From a virus, in the IMG/VR virus record IMGVR_UViG_3300006945_000003: DNA of 39,797 nucleotides; one strand, 5' to 3'. The notes beneath the pieces are model-generated. The model did no database searches and had not been told where the DNA came from. It saw only the letters and a program-made list of their open reading frames with translations. The position numbers and the translations under genes are program-made. Shown here one piece after another: positions 15,603 to 23,844 of this stretch. The first letter of the stretch is position 1, and every line of letters starts with the position of its first letter.

Positions 15603-17651
15603 TCAACGGACGATGCTCTGGGCGACGACACAGCGGCAGTTGACGACCTCGCTTGCGTCCGTCGCGTCAGGATCGAGTGGGTACAGCAGGCCATTCGAGA
15701 AGCGGTCCTCCAGCCCGACGGTCTCGCCATCGAGCTGGCGGTGCGACTCGCGCACGTGGTCGTCTCGGGACGAGATCCAGGTCTTGACGATCGTCATCTG
15801 AAACTCGTCCCGCGCCTGCCGCCCGGCCTCCTGGACGGCGAAGTTCATGGCCGACCCAGCTTCGGTACGGGCGATGCGGTACGAGCGCGGCACGTCGATC
15901 TCGCTGTCGTCCGGTGGCTCGGCCCAGCGCTCGTACGTTTCGCGGATCCGGCGAGCGATCTCGCGCGTGTCCTCGTTGGCAAGTAGCCCTTCGGTGATCG
16001 CCGCGCCGATCGCGCGCCGTGTGGCCTCCGTCAGGTAGCTCACCTTGAGCGCGGCGTACCGGGAGGCCCATGTCTTGATGCGGTCGCTGAGAGCGCGGAA
16101 CTTGCGGGCAGCAGGGGCCGCTTTGACCGCCTGCGCTTGCAATCGCTCGAACTCCTCGCGTCCCCAGTGCTCGATGGTGGCGAGGTAGGCAGCCTCGAGG
16201 AAGGCACGCCATTCCGTGGCCGCGGCATCGATCGCGGCATAGGCAGCGGCCTCTCCGCCTCTCGCGAACGCGCGTGCGACGACCTGCCCTTCAGCGAGGA
16301 ACTGTTGCGCGATGCGGTCCGCGAGATAGCGTTCCCAGCGGCGCCGTGCCGTGTCGCGCTGCCTCCAGAACGCCGCCTTGCGCTCCTCCGGCCACTCGCT
16401 CGCGAGGTCTGCCTTGAAAGACCGTGGGCCGGTCGCGAGCATCACGGTTGGACCGAGTGAGGGCTGGTCGCCCCACGGGACGTTGTCGAACCCGAGCCCG
16501 AGGCGCTGGTTCACCTGGTTCAGGGTGTAGCCGAGCCGTACGAGCCGTTCAGCGATCTCGACCTTGGTGCCGAAGTCCTCCTGGAGCGCGGTCACACTCG
16601 AGATGTCGTAGACGACGCGGAGCTTCGGCGGGGCTCCGGGCTGCCTAGCCTCGGGGTCCCAGTACGGCACGAGGACGGCATTGAACGCCTCGGCCAGGTC
16701 GTCGAGGAAGGGCAGGAAAACGTCCTGCCAGACCATGCGGACGGCAGTTTCGAAGTTGCGGTACGTCCCCTCGCCGGTCAGGACGACGAGCGGGATACCC
16801 ATCGCAGCGGCAATCTCCTCACGGGTGAGCCGCCGGGAGTTGAGCCAGTCGAGCTCGGCAGCCGTGGTGCCGACCTCCTGGATCTCGCCGGGCATGGAGG
16901 CGAGGAAGATGCCACGCGCGTTGTCCGGCCCCATGTGCTGCTCGCGCAGCATGCGGCGTGCTTCTTCCCACTGCTCGCGCGTGAGCGGCTGCGAGGGGAA
17001 GTAGATGAGGTCCTTGACCGTGCGGTTCTGGAGGGCGGTAAGGTTCCAGTGCACGGCGGCCGTGTCCGTGTCGACCACCTTCGCTGCTGCCTGGAGCGGT
17101 GAAAGCCCCCAGTAGGGGTTCGCCGGATCGACGAACTGCAGGTGGATGACCTCTTCTGGCGGGAACGCGTGCACCTGCCCAGACGGGTCGCGGTACTCGT
17201 AGTGCGAGAGGAAGCGGCTCGGATCAGGGACCGGCTTGACGCGGTCAGGAGAGAGAGGCCAGATCTCGACAGGTGTACCGCGCACGAGGACGAGCTTGCC
17301 GAGCGCGTTACCACCGAGCCAGAGATGGTAGACCCACCGCTCGCGGAGATCCTGCCCCGTCATGAACGGGTTCGGCTCGTTCAGCAGCACGGCGAGGGGG
17401 TGACTGGGGTCTCGTTGCCAGGTCCCTCCTGCCTGCAGGACCTCGACGTGCCAGGGCACCCGGGAGACGTTCGTCGCGATGCGGCGGACCGCAGCGTAGA
17501 CCCAGACACTCGCCTTGAGCCCATGTTGAATGGCACGCTCAGTGCTCCAGTCGGAGGTGATCGGCCGTCCAGCTTGCCAGCCCGAGACCAGCGGAGGCCG
17601 CTCTCCTCCGGTGTCTCGCTTGATCAGCGTGGTGAGCCAGCGGCGAACCAT
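15603..17651 (-). CDS. Portal protein (HK97 family) fused to a Mu F/SPP1 gp7-like minor head protein domain
   Basis: 682 aa from ATG 17651, 2 nt after the terL stop. The N-terminal ~400 aa are portal-like. The C-terminal ~250 aa carry the Mu F pattern (SYRIARTEAGSAMNFA...SSRDDHVRESHRQLDGE...VNCRCV). Confidence 0.8.
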   Translation of the reverse strand: MVRRWLTTLIKRDTGGERPPLVSGWQAGRPITSDWSTERAIQHGLKASVWVYAAVRRIATNVSRVPWHVEVLQAGGTWQRDPSHPLAVLLNEPNPFMTGQDLRERWVYHLWLGGNALGKLVLVRGTPVEIWPLSPDRVKPVPDPSRFLSHYEYRDPSGQVHAFPPEEVIHLQFVDPANPYWGLSPLQAAAKVVDTDTAAVHWNLTALQNRTVKDLIYFPSQPLTREQWEEARRMLREQHMGPDNARGIFLASMPGEIQEVGTTAAELDWLNSRRLTREEIAAAMGIPLVVLTGEGTYRNFETAVRMVWQDVFLPFLDDLAEAFNAVLVPYWDPEARQPGAPPKLRVVYDISSVTALQEDFGTKVEIAERLVRLGYTLNQVNQRLGLGFDNVPWGDQPSLGPTVMLATGPRSFKADLASEWPEERKAAFWRQRDTARRRWERYLADRIAQQFLAEGQVVARAFARGGEAAAYAAIDAAATEWRAFLEAAYLATIEHWGREEFERLQAQAVKAAPAARKFRALSDRIKTWASRYAALKVSYLTEATRRAIGAAITEGLLANEDTREIARRIRETYERWAEPPDDSEIDVPRSYRIARTEAGSAMNFAVQEAGRQARDEFQMTIVKTWISSRDDHVRESHRQLDGETVGLEDRFSNGLLYPLDPDATDASEVVNCRCVVAQSIVR

Positions 17652-17653
17652 CC

Positions 17654-19003
17654 TTATACCCGCCCGAACAGGAATACGGGACGCTGAGTCGGTGCCCAGA
17701 ACGCCAGGGCGAGCGCGTCGGCCCGGTCCGGAGACGGGAGGCCGCGCGCGCGGAGCTGCTCTTTCGACTCGATCCGGATCCGGCCGCGACTGTCGACCGT
17801 GTAGCGACGGGTCGCGAGCTGGCCGATGAGGTCGTCGTCGCGGGGGATCGAGATCGATCCCTGCTCGAAGAGCGTGCGGAGCGTGCCCCACAAGAGGGAC
17901 GGGAAGTCGGCGTAGTGGTCGTCTCCGCCGCCCGCGAACGTCACCGGCACGACCTCGATCGGGAGCTCCCGTTCGAGCTCGCGGAGGCCGTCCGTCACGC
18001 CGCCACCGACGCCCGTGTCGTCCACCTTGACGCGCACACGCTCCGTGCCGGTCTCGTCGCGCAGGCGGCGGACGGCCTGGACGACGAGCCCGACGACCTC
18101 AGTGACCGCCCGCTGGCGGTAGGCGAGGAGCCAGAGGGCACGGAGCCCCTGCCTGGCACAGATGACGGTCTCCGAGCTGCCGTAGCGGGCGACGTCGACG
18201 CCGATCTCGACCGGTCCGCCAGGCGGGACGTCCCGCTCGACGGCTGCCTCGACGAGCTCGAGCGGGATGAGCGTGTCGTCGCTTCCGAGTGGGAACTCGC
18301 CGAGCACGCGGACGCGGTACACGTCGGAGTCGCATCCCCACTTCGCGGCCATCTCCGCGACCCAATCACGAGAGACGCGCGGCGAGTCCTCGGCGCTCAC
18401 GTGGAACGTCTCCCAGAAAGCGCGGTGCCGGTGGAAGGCTTGATAAAAGCCGCCGGAGCGCCGCGTCGGGTTCCCGACCGCGAGGACGACCGCCCCGCTC
18501 GTCGTCCGGGCGCCGTCGATGACTTCCCAGGTGTAGTCGGGGATCCCCGATGCCTCGTCGACGACATAGAGGAGGTGGTCCGCATGGTACCCTGCGAGCC
18601 GCTCCGGCTGGTTCGACGAGCGGGCGACGGCGAACCAGGACTTCTCTGCGCCGCGCAGCGCGATACGGGTTGCGGTGACCTCGAAGAGCGAGCGGATCGG
18701 GCTGCGCTCGATCCACTTCGCGATTTCCGGCCAGAGGATGTCGAGGAGCTGGTGCTGCGTCGGCGCGGTCGCTGGCACGCGGGCATGCGGGAAGCAGGCG
18801 AGCTTCCAGATCACCGCCCAGGCAGCGAGCGCGGTTTTGCCGACGCCGTGGCCCGAGCGGACGGCGACGCTCTTGCCGCGTGCGAGCGCGTCGAGGGCAG
18901 CAGCCTGCCATGGGTCAGGCGTCGCGCCGATGAGGTCCTCGACGAACTCGACAGGCCGGTCAGCGTAGTGGTCGATGGCGAGTTCAAGCTTCGTTGCGAC
19001 CAT
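17654..19003 (-). CDS. terL: Terminase large subunit
   Basis: 449 aa. It has a Walker A-like RSGHGVGKT, a Walker B-like LLYVVDEA, and a C-terminal nuclease-like region. It lies directly upstream of the portal gene. Confidence 0.85.
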   Translation of the reverse strand: MVATKLELAIDHYADRPVEFVEDLIGATPDPWQAAALDALARGKSVAVRSGHGVGKTALAAWAVIWKLACFPHARVPATAPTQHQLLDILWPEIAKWIERSPIRSLFEVTATRIALRGAEKSWFAVARSSNQPERLAGYHADHLLYVVDEASGIPDYTWEVIDGARTTSGAVVLAVGNPTRRSGGFYQAFHRHRAFWETFHVSAEDSPRVSRDWVAEMAAKWGCDSDVYRVRVLGEFPLGSDDTLIPLELVEAAVERDVPPGGPVEIGVDVARYGSSETVICARQGLRALWLLAYRQRAVTEVVGLVVQAVRRLRDETGTERVRVKVDDTGVGGGVTDGLRELERELPIEVVPVTFAGGGDDHYADFPSLLWGTLRTLFEQGSISIPRDDDLIGQLATRRYTVDSRGRIRIESKEQLRARGLPSPDRADALALAFWAPTQRPVFLFGRV

Positions 19004-20372
19004 CGAGCACGAGACTCCCGAGTTCGTCGTCGCTCGATTTCCGACGGAACAAGTGAGCGAAGCGCGCGAGGTTCACCGCTGCGGCGATGAAGACCGTCGA
19101 GACGAGGTCGTCGCCGAGCACGTCGGTAACCGAGACGCTGTGCCCGCCAGGCGACCAGAGCTGGCCGTACTGCGAGATCTTGAGCAGGTAGTTGTGGTCG
19201 ATCGAGACGACGTACGGGCGTGCCGCGCGCCAGTACCGGTACTGGTCCTCTGGCGACCCACCGAGGAGGTGGATCCGCCGCCCGAAGAAGCGCTCGATCG
19301 GGAGCGGCGTGCCGCCGTGACTCGTTGGGATCGAGTAGCCGAGGACGTATCGCTCCGGGATCTCGTCGAGGCAGTCGTACTTCGGGATGACGATGACGTG
19401 CTCGGCGTACTCCTCGAGCTCCTCCGCCCAGCGCAGGATGGTGTCGAGCGGGTAGTACGGGATCCCGGCGTCTCGACACTGCTCGCGCGACATGACGTCG
19501 CGCACCGTCGCGTACTTCGGCCGGTACCGCGCGACGGCCTCGAGGTGGCGGGCGTGGTCGTAGTTGCGGTAGTCGCAGTCGACGAAGGCGACCTCGTGGC
19601 CACGCAAGCGACCGGCCTGATAGCACACGGGTTCCGACGACTGGACCCCATAGCGAAAGCCGTACTTGACGGCGATGCAGCAGACGACGAACCCCGCCCC
19701 GTACGTCACGATGACGTCGAGCGTGTCGGGAGGGGCCTCGGTCGTGTCTTCGTCTCCTATTTCCTCGAGGTCGACCGGACCGCCGGCGAGCAACTTCTGC
19801 TCGAGGCGAGCGAGCAGTACGTCGAGCTCCGCGCGGTCGAACCCGGTCAGATCGAGCGCTCCGGCGTCGTCGAGCTCTTCGAGGAGCGCTGCGAGCATCG
19901 CCTCGTCCCACTCGCCCTGGATCTTGTTGAGCGCGACGTTGAGCGCCTTTTCCTTTTCGAGCGGGAGATCGACGACCGAGACGTCGACCTCTTTCACGCC
20001 CCGCTCGAGGAGCACGCGCAGGTCGCCACCGCGCCCGGGCACGAGGAAGAGGCACCGCCCGTCCCGCCAGTTGTCGGCGACGGTCGCAAGCGTCACGCGC
20101 CGCCCGTTCACGGTGACCGTCCGCTCGCGGAAGTGCCGCTGGAACTCCGGCGGGAGCGCGGCGCGTTCCGACGGCAAGAGGTCGAGCGAGAACGGGAGGC
20201 AGCAGGCAGCGCAGCCGGCGGCGCAGGCGAACCGCCGCCAGAACTGTGGCCCGATGCGGATCTCGCGCGGTGGCCCCGGGAGCGGCTTCCCGTTATAGGT
20301 GACCGGTACGGTCGCGAGCGCAGCGAGCTGGCGGACGACCTTCTCGGCCGAGTCCGGGCACGAGACGGTCAC
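18984..20372 (-). CDS. Multidomain protein between terS and terL: Cys-cluster N-terminus, ParB-type linker, C-terminal TGT/DpdA-like barrel candidate
   Basis: 462 aa from GTG 20372 (GTGA overlap with the terS stop). Its 3' end overlaps the terL start by 20 nt. Residues ~49-58 (FACAAGCAACC) plus GRCLFL resemble a CxxCxxCC-type metal site. Residues ~127-187 (KEVDVSVVDLPLEKEKALNVALNKIQGEWDEAMLAALLEEL..LTGFDRAELDVLL) match the distal end and linker of phage ParB-like-domain DNA-modification proteins. Residues ~218-444 show ordered motifs FVDCD, TVRD, VIVIPK, LGYSIPTSHGG, IHLLGGSPED, SIDHN, YGQLW. These parallel E. coli Tgt (TDSGGFQ ... DGYAVGGLAVGE ... RYLMGVGKPED ... MFDCVMPTRNARNGHLF), recalled from memory. 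Confidence 0.6.
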   Translation of the reverse strand: MTVSCPDSAEKVVRQLAALATVPVTYNGKPLPGPPREIRIGPQFWRRFACAAGCAACCLPFSLDLLPSERAALPPEFQRHFRERTVTVNGRRVTLATVADNWRDGRCLFLVPGRGGDLRVLLERGVKEVDVSVVDLPLEKEKALNVALNKIQGEWDEAMLAALLEELDDAGALDLTGFDRAELDVLLARLEQKLLAGGPVDLEEIGDEDTTEAPPDTLDVIVTYGAGFVVCCIAVKYGFRYGVQSSEPVCYQAGRLRGHEVAFVDCDYRNYDHARHLEAVARYRPKYATVRDVMSREQCRDAGIPYYPLDTILRWAEELEEYAEHVIVIPKYDCLDEIPERYVLGYSIPTSHGGTPLPIERFFGRRIHLLGGSPEDQYRYWRAARPYVVSIDHNYLLKISQYGQLWSPGGHSVSVTDVLGDDLVSTVFIAAAVNLARFAHLFRRKSSDDELGSLVLDGRNEA

Positions 20373-20884
20373 TCGCCGGGCTTCGCGACCCGTCGTTCCC
20401 AGGCGCGGATGACCGCGTCGATCCACGGGTGCCGTTCCTCGGTGATCGTCTCGGGCTCGCCGCGGGAGATCCGCTCGAGCTTCGCGGCCTCGATGAAGTA
20501 GCGCAGCACGTCGCCTGGCGAGAGCTCGGATGGGTCGAGCTCGCGCAGCCGCTGGAGCGCCTTGGTCTGCAGCGCGACCGCCTCCTGGGCGTGCCGGCGC
20601 AGCATCTCCTCGACCGCCTCACGCTGGGCTTCGCGCCGGAGGCGATCCTGCTCGTCGTCCCAGGCGAGCGCCCGGTCGACCCAGCGGTAGCGCCGCGACC
20701 ACTTCTCGATCGTCGCCGGAACCTTGAGGCGTCCCTTCTTGTCCTTGCTCCTGCCGTAGCCGAGCACCTCGGCGACCCGGCGGAGCGAGCGCTCTTTCGG
20801 CGACAGGTCGCGGTAGATCGTGAAGGCGTGATACGCCTTCGCCGGCTCGCCGGGGAGGCGTTCCCAGGGCTTCGTCTCGGTCAT
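20369..20884 (-). CDS. terS: Terminase small subunit
   Basis: 171 aa from ATG 20884 (ATGA overlap with the upstream stop). It shows the typical pattern AYHAFTIYRDLSPKERSLRRVAEVLG...TIEKWSRRYRWVDRALAWDDE followed by a coiled coil. Confidence 0.75.
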   Translation of the reverse strand: MTETKPWERLPGEPAKAYHAFTIYRDLSPKERSLRRVAEVLGYGRSKDKKGRLKVPATIEKWSRRYRWVDRALAWDDEQDRLRREAQREAVEEMLRRHAQEAVALQTKALQRLRELDPSELSPGDVLRYFIEAAKLERISRGEPETITEERHPWIDAVIRAWERRVAKPGE

Positions 20885-21405
20885 GCCACCGCCTCGCGCC
20901 AGATCGTCCGCGTGAGCACGAACGCCCAGACTGCCCCGCCGAGTACCTTCGCAGCGAACTCGCTCGCGGTCACGAGCGGCACGATGCTCCCGAGCGCGAC
21001 GGTCGGCCAGACGAGGCTGTCGGTGAGCGCGCCGGCCAGGTTCGAGCGCAGGACGCGCTCGAGGCGTGGTCGCTGGCGGGCGAGCGCGTAGACGGCAGCG
21101 TCGGCGAGGCCGGACGCGACGAACGCGAGGCACGAGGCGAGCGCGATCCGGCCGGCCGCCCCGTTGAGCGTGTACGAGAGGAGGCCTCCGGCCCCGATGA
21201 GCGCTGCCATGCGCGGCCAGAGGCTGCGGCCCTCCCACCGCTCGTGCAGGGCATCGCGCACGACCAGGTCGACGGCGATCAGCGAGAAGCAGACGAGGAC
21301 GTCGACGGCGAGGAAGGTCGAGAGCGGTGCGCCAGCGACCGCCGTCATGGCCAGGTTCGCCGCCACGACCGCAGCGAGGTAGGCGAGGCAGTAGACCGCT
21401 GTCAA
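20881..21405 (-). CDS. VUT-family (YhhQ-like, DUF165) membrane protein, putative queuosine-precursor transporter
   Basis: 174 aa with a TTG start and RBS GGAAGGGAG; multiple hydrophobic helices. The motif series AANLA / IAVDLVVRDALHERWEG / ASGLADAAVYALARQR / SNLAGALTDSLVWP / EFAAKVLGG parallels E. coli YhhQ (SSNYLV / ATDLTVRIFG / GQILDVHVFNRLRQ / GNVSDTLAFF / DYCFKVL), recalled from memory. Confidence 0.6.
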   Translation of the reverse strand: MTAVYCLAYLAAVVAANLAMTAVAGAPLSTFLAVDVLVCFSLIAVDLVVRDALHERWEGRSLWPRMAALIGAGGLLSYTLNGAAGRIALASCLAFVASGLADAAVYALARQRPRLERVLRSNLAGALTDSLVWPTVALGSIVPLVTASEFAAKVLGGAVWAFVLTRTIWREAVA

Positions 21406-21406
21406 C

Positions 21407-21452
21407 GGGAGTTACTCCCTTCCTGGGCAGACGATCCGATTCTACACCCAGG
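21407..21452 (-). promoter_or_regulatory. Leader with two hairpins; the second sequesters the RBS of the VUT gene
   Basis: The minus strand reads CCTGGG-(19 nt)-CCCAGG (21452-21422) followed by AAGGGAG-TAA-CTCCC-G-TTG. The GGGAG of the RBS pairs with CTCCC immediately before the start codon (21419-21407). Confidence 0.4.
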
Positions 21453-21461
21453 ATAGCACGT

Positions 21462-21905
21462 TTAGTTCACTCTCGTCCAGTCTCTGTCGGGTAGCGTCTC
21501 GGACAGGAGTGGAAGGAGGAAGCGGTAGGCCTCGATGCACCGGCGATAGACGGTCGAGTAACCGAGGTCGAGGTCGAGCGCGGCGAGGGCGCGGCGGGAG
21601 GTGAGCGAGAGCTGGAGGCGGGCACGTATCTCGCGAAACCAGGCCTGGTCACTCGTGTAGTCGGCGTGCGAGGGGTCGGGGTACGGGATGCAGTGCACGA
21701 GCTTGATTACGAGCCAGAGCTGCTCGCGATAGGAGCGGAGGACGACGAGCGCACGGTCGAGGTCGGTGCGCTCGATGACGGCCCGCTCGAAGCGCGCGGA
21801 CGCTCGCCGGCGTGGCTCGTCGCGGGCGATGACGAGGCCTGGGTGCGACGTGCGGTCGAGCTCGTGGTAGCGCTCGAGCAGGGCCTCGACGTCGTCGATC
21901 TGCAC
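21462..21905 (-). CDS. Putative late-gene transcriptional regulator (sigma region-4/ArpU-like HTH)
   Basis: 147 aa from GTG 21905, with AAGGAGG upstream spanning the preceding TAA. The C-terminal [19 protein letters not shown] resembles a sigma-70 region 4/ArpU-type HTH. It is positioned just before the packaging genes. Confidence 0.4.
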
Positions 21906-21915
21906 CGTCCCCTCC

Positions 21916-22317
21916 TTACCCGACGAGGATCCGCAAGGCCGTGCACGCGCGCGTGCCACGCTCGGGGCAGAGGCCATACCAGTAGTACGCCTCGTTCTCG
22001 TTCTCCGTGAGGAGATGCAGCCCGCGGGCGACGCGTTCGAGGCGCTCGACACTCTCGATGGGAGAGAGCGCGAGCGCGTAGAGCGCGAGGCGCACGCCGA
22101 GCGGCTCGGGGACCAGAGACGGTTGCGAGTTTTCCGGGAGCGTGTAGCCGGCGCGTTCGCAGTCCATTGCGAGGTACGGGCGTGCCACGTCGAGCGCGAG
22201 GCCTTTCAGCGTGCCGATGCGCTCGACGACGCGCGACTTCCCGTCGCGCCGTGCCTCGAGGACGTCGATCCGCGTGACGGTGCCGTGGTCGCGCTCGACA
22301 CGCACGAGGAACGTCAT
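21916..22317 (-). CDS. Hypothetical protein
   Basis: 133 aa with an ATGA overlap to the upstream gene. No motif recognised. Confidence 0.55.
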   Translation of the reverse strand: MTFLVRVERDHGTVTRIDVLEARRDGKSRVVERIGTLKGLALDVARPYLAMDCERAGYTLPENSQPSLVPEPLGVRLALYALALSPIESVERLERVARGLHLLTENENEAYYWYGLCPERGTRACTALRILVG

Positions 22318-22619
22318 GCGTCACCTCCTCCGAGCGGGCCGAACCACTCCTCGAAGTCCGCGAGCCGCAACACGACCAGTGCGTCGCGGTAGCGCTGGCC
22401 GTGCTCGTGCAGGACGGCGACGGGGAGCTGGCCGGGCTGGGCGGCGGCCCGGGCCTGGGCGAGTGCGGAGAGAAGCCAGCGGGGGAGAGACCGGCGGTGC
22501 TTGACCTCGATCGCGAGCCACGGGTGCACCACGTCCGGCTGGCCGGCCCGCCCGCTCACCGGCACGCGCTGGCCGCCGAGACGGTGCGCGACCGCTCGCT
22601 CGACGTCCTTCCAGCTCAT
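22314..22619 (-). CDS. Holliday junction resolvase-like PD-(D/E)xK nuclease
   Basis: 101 aa from ATG 22619 (ATGA overlap). ERAVAHRLGGQRVPVSGRAGQPDVVHPWLAIEVKHRR...LPVAVLHEHG...ALVVLRLADF matches the small phage resolvase pattern (D...E-V-K). The 400-aa track ORF is a spurious extension. Confidence 0.65.
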   Translation of the reverse strand: MSWKDVERAVAHRLGGQRVPVSGRAGQPDVVHPWLAIEVKHRRSLPRWLLSALAQARAAAQPGQLPVAVLHEHGQRYRDALVVLRLADFEEWFGPLGGGDA

Positions 22620-23314
22620 CGCCCACCTCCGAAGCGTTCGAGGAGCGACTCGGTCTTGAGCGCGCGGAACAGCCCGAGCGCGGCGAGGAACCCGTCGCCC
22701 GCGGCATCGAGGTCGACGGCGTAGACCTCGGGCTCGTCGTTCGCGAGCGAGACGACGTAGCCGGACGAGATCGTCTCGCCGGTCATCTCGTCGAGCGCGA
22801 CGGCGTAGGCGCCGGCTTGCAGGGCGTGCTCGGGCCAGACGCTGCCGCTCTTCCAGTCGACGAGCGCGAGCGTGCCGCCGGCGTCCTCCGCCACGAGGTC
22901 GCACGTCCCAGCGAACCCGTAACGGCGCGAGACGAGCGTGACCTCGTAGGCGAGCGGGGTGAGCGCGAGCCGTTCGAGCACGCGAGCAGCGGCCGGGTGC
23001 GCGCGGAGCGACGAGGCGAGCTCGCGGTGGAGCGCGCTCCCGCGGGCGGCGGCCTCGTCGCGCTGGCGTTCCGGCTCGGAACGGGCGGAGAGGAGCGCGG
23101 CCTCGAGCTCGTCGCGGGTGAACGCGTCGCGGCCGGAAAGGGCGCTCGCGACCGCGTCGAGCGCGACGGCCTTCGCCCAGCGGACGAGTTCCGGTTTCCC
23201 GACGACCTGGAGCACGCTCGTGACCGAGACGTAATAGACGCCTTCGACCTCGTAGAAGCGCGTGCCGCCGATGCTGACGCGCCGTGCTTTGACACGTGGG
23301 ATCCGCTCCATCAC
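22616..23314 (-). CDS. PD-(D/E)XK (RecB/Cas4-like) exonuclease
   Basis: 232 aa. YVSVTSVL, GSALHRE and CDLVAED...LALVDWKSG give an ordered D...D/E-x-K nuclease motif set. Confidence 0.65.
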   Translation of the reverse strand: MMERIPRVKARRVSIGGTRFYEVEGVYYVSVTSVLQVVGKPELVRWAKAVALDAVASALSGRDAFTRDELEAALLSARSEPERQRDEAAARGSALHRELASSLRAHPAAARVLERLALTPLAYEVTLVSRRYGFAGTCDLVAEDAGGTLALVDWKSGSVWPEHALQAGAYAVALDEMTGETISSGYVVSLANDEPEVYAVDLDAAGDGFLAALGLFRALKTESLLERFGGGR

Positions 23315-23844
23315 CGCACCTCCTCGAGCGCCGGGTAGCGGGCACCGGTGAGCTCAGCGGCGCGCTCTGCCGCCCAGGGCGGGAGGGCCCGCGCGAGCGC
23401 GAGCTCGTCGCGCGTGCGCTGGACGAGCTGCTCGAAGACGCGGCAGAACTGGGCGCGGACGACGTCGACGTGCTCGGACGTGCAGATCTCTCGCCAGCCG
23501 ACGATGTCGACCGCACGACCGACGAGCCCGGGGAGGTTCGGCCTCCCGTAGACGCCTGTCCTGCGCACCTCGGCGAGGACGAGGCCCCAGGCCTCGGCGG
23601 GCGAGAGGCGGGCGTCCTCGGGGAGCAGGAGTTCGGCCGCCTCGCGGAGCACGTCGTGCGGGGTGGGCGGGTAGGGCGAGCGACGGATCGCGCGGTCGAT
23701 GGCGAGCTCGGCGACGCGGTACGGGAGATGCCCGATGAAGTGCCGCCAGGCGGCGACCGTGACGTCGCCGAGGTGCTGGAAGCGCTCGCCGTAGGCGGCG
23801 GTGACCGGGACGAGGAGCCGGGCGATGTCGTGCGTCGTGAGCAT
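23311..23844 (-). CDS. Replicative helicase loader-like protein (SPP1 G39P-like)
   Basis: 177 aa from ATG 23844, with a 1-nt overlap to the upstream TGA. The N-terminus LLVPVTAAYGERFQHLGDVTVAAWRHFIGHLPYRVAELAIDRAIRRSPYPPTPHDVL follows the G39P N-terminal pattern. Confidence 0.55.
   Translation of the reverse strand: MLTTHDIARLLVPVTAAYGERFQHLGDVTVAAWRHFIGHLPYRVAELAIDRAIRRSPYPPTPHDVLREAAELLLPEDARLSPAEAWGLVLAEVRRTGVYGRPNLPGLVGRAVDIVGWREICTSEHVDVVRAQFCRVFEQLVQRTRDELALARALPPWAAERAAELTGARYPALEEVR

Noticed and set aside
18984-21405. A standard dpdA plus queC/queD/queE/folE 7-deazaguanine cluster
   Set aside because: I could recognise no QueC, QueD, QueE, FolE, QueF or Gat-QueC-like ORFs anywhere in the complete genome. 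The 462-aa protein also lacks the motifs I remember from canonical DpdA (e.g. HGFGxK, SxDSxAW). The proposal is therefore limited to a divergent TGT-like domain plus an importer.
21407-21460. Canonical preQ1-I riboswitch upstream of the YhhQ-like gene
   Set aside because: The P1-like stem encloses 19 nt instead of the ~10-11 nt loop, and the A-rich tail typical of preQ1-I is missing. I kept it only as an unclassified structured leader. An Rfam scan is needed before any riboswitch claim.
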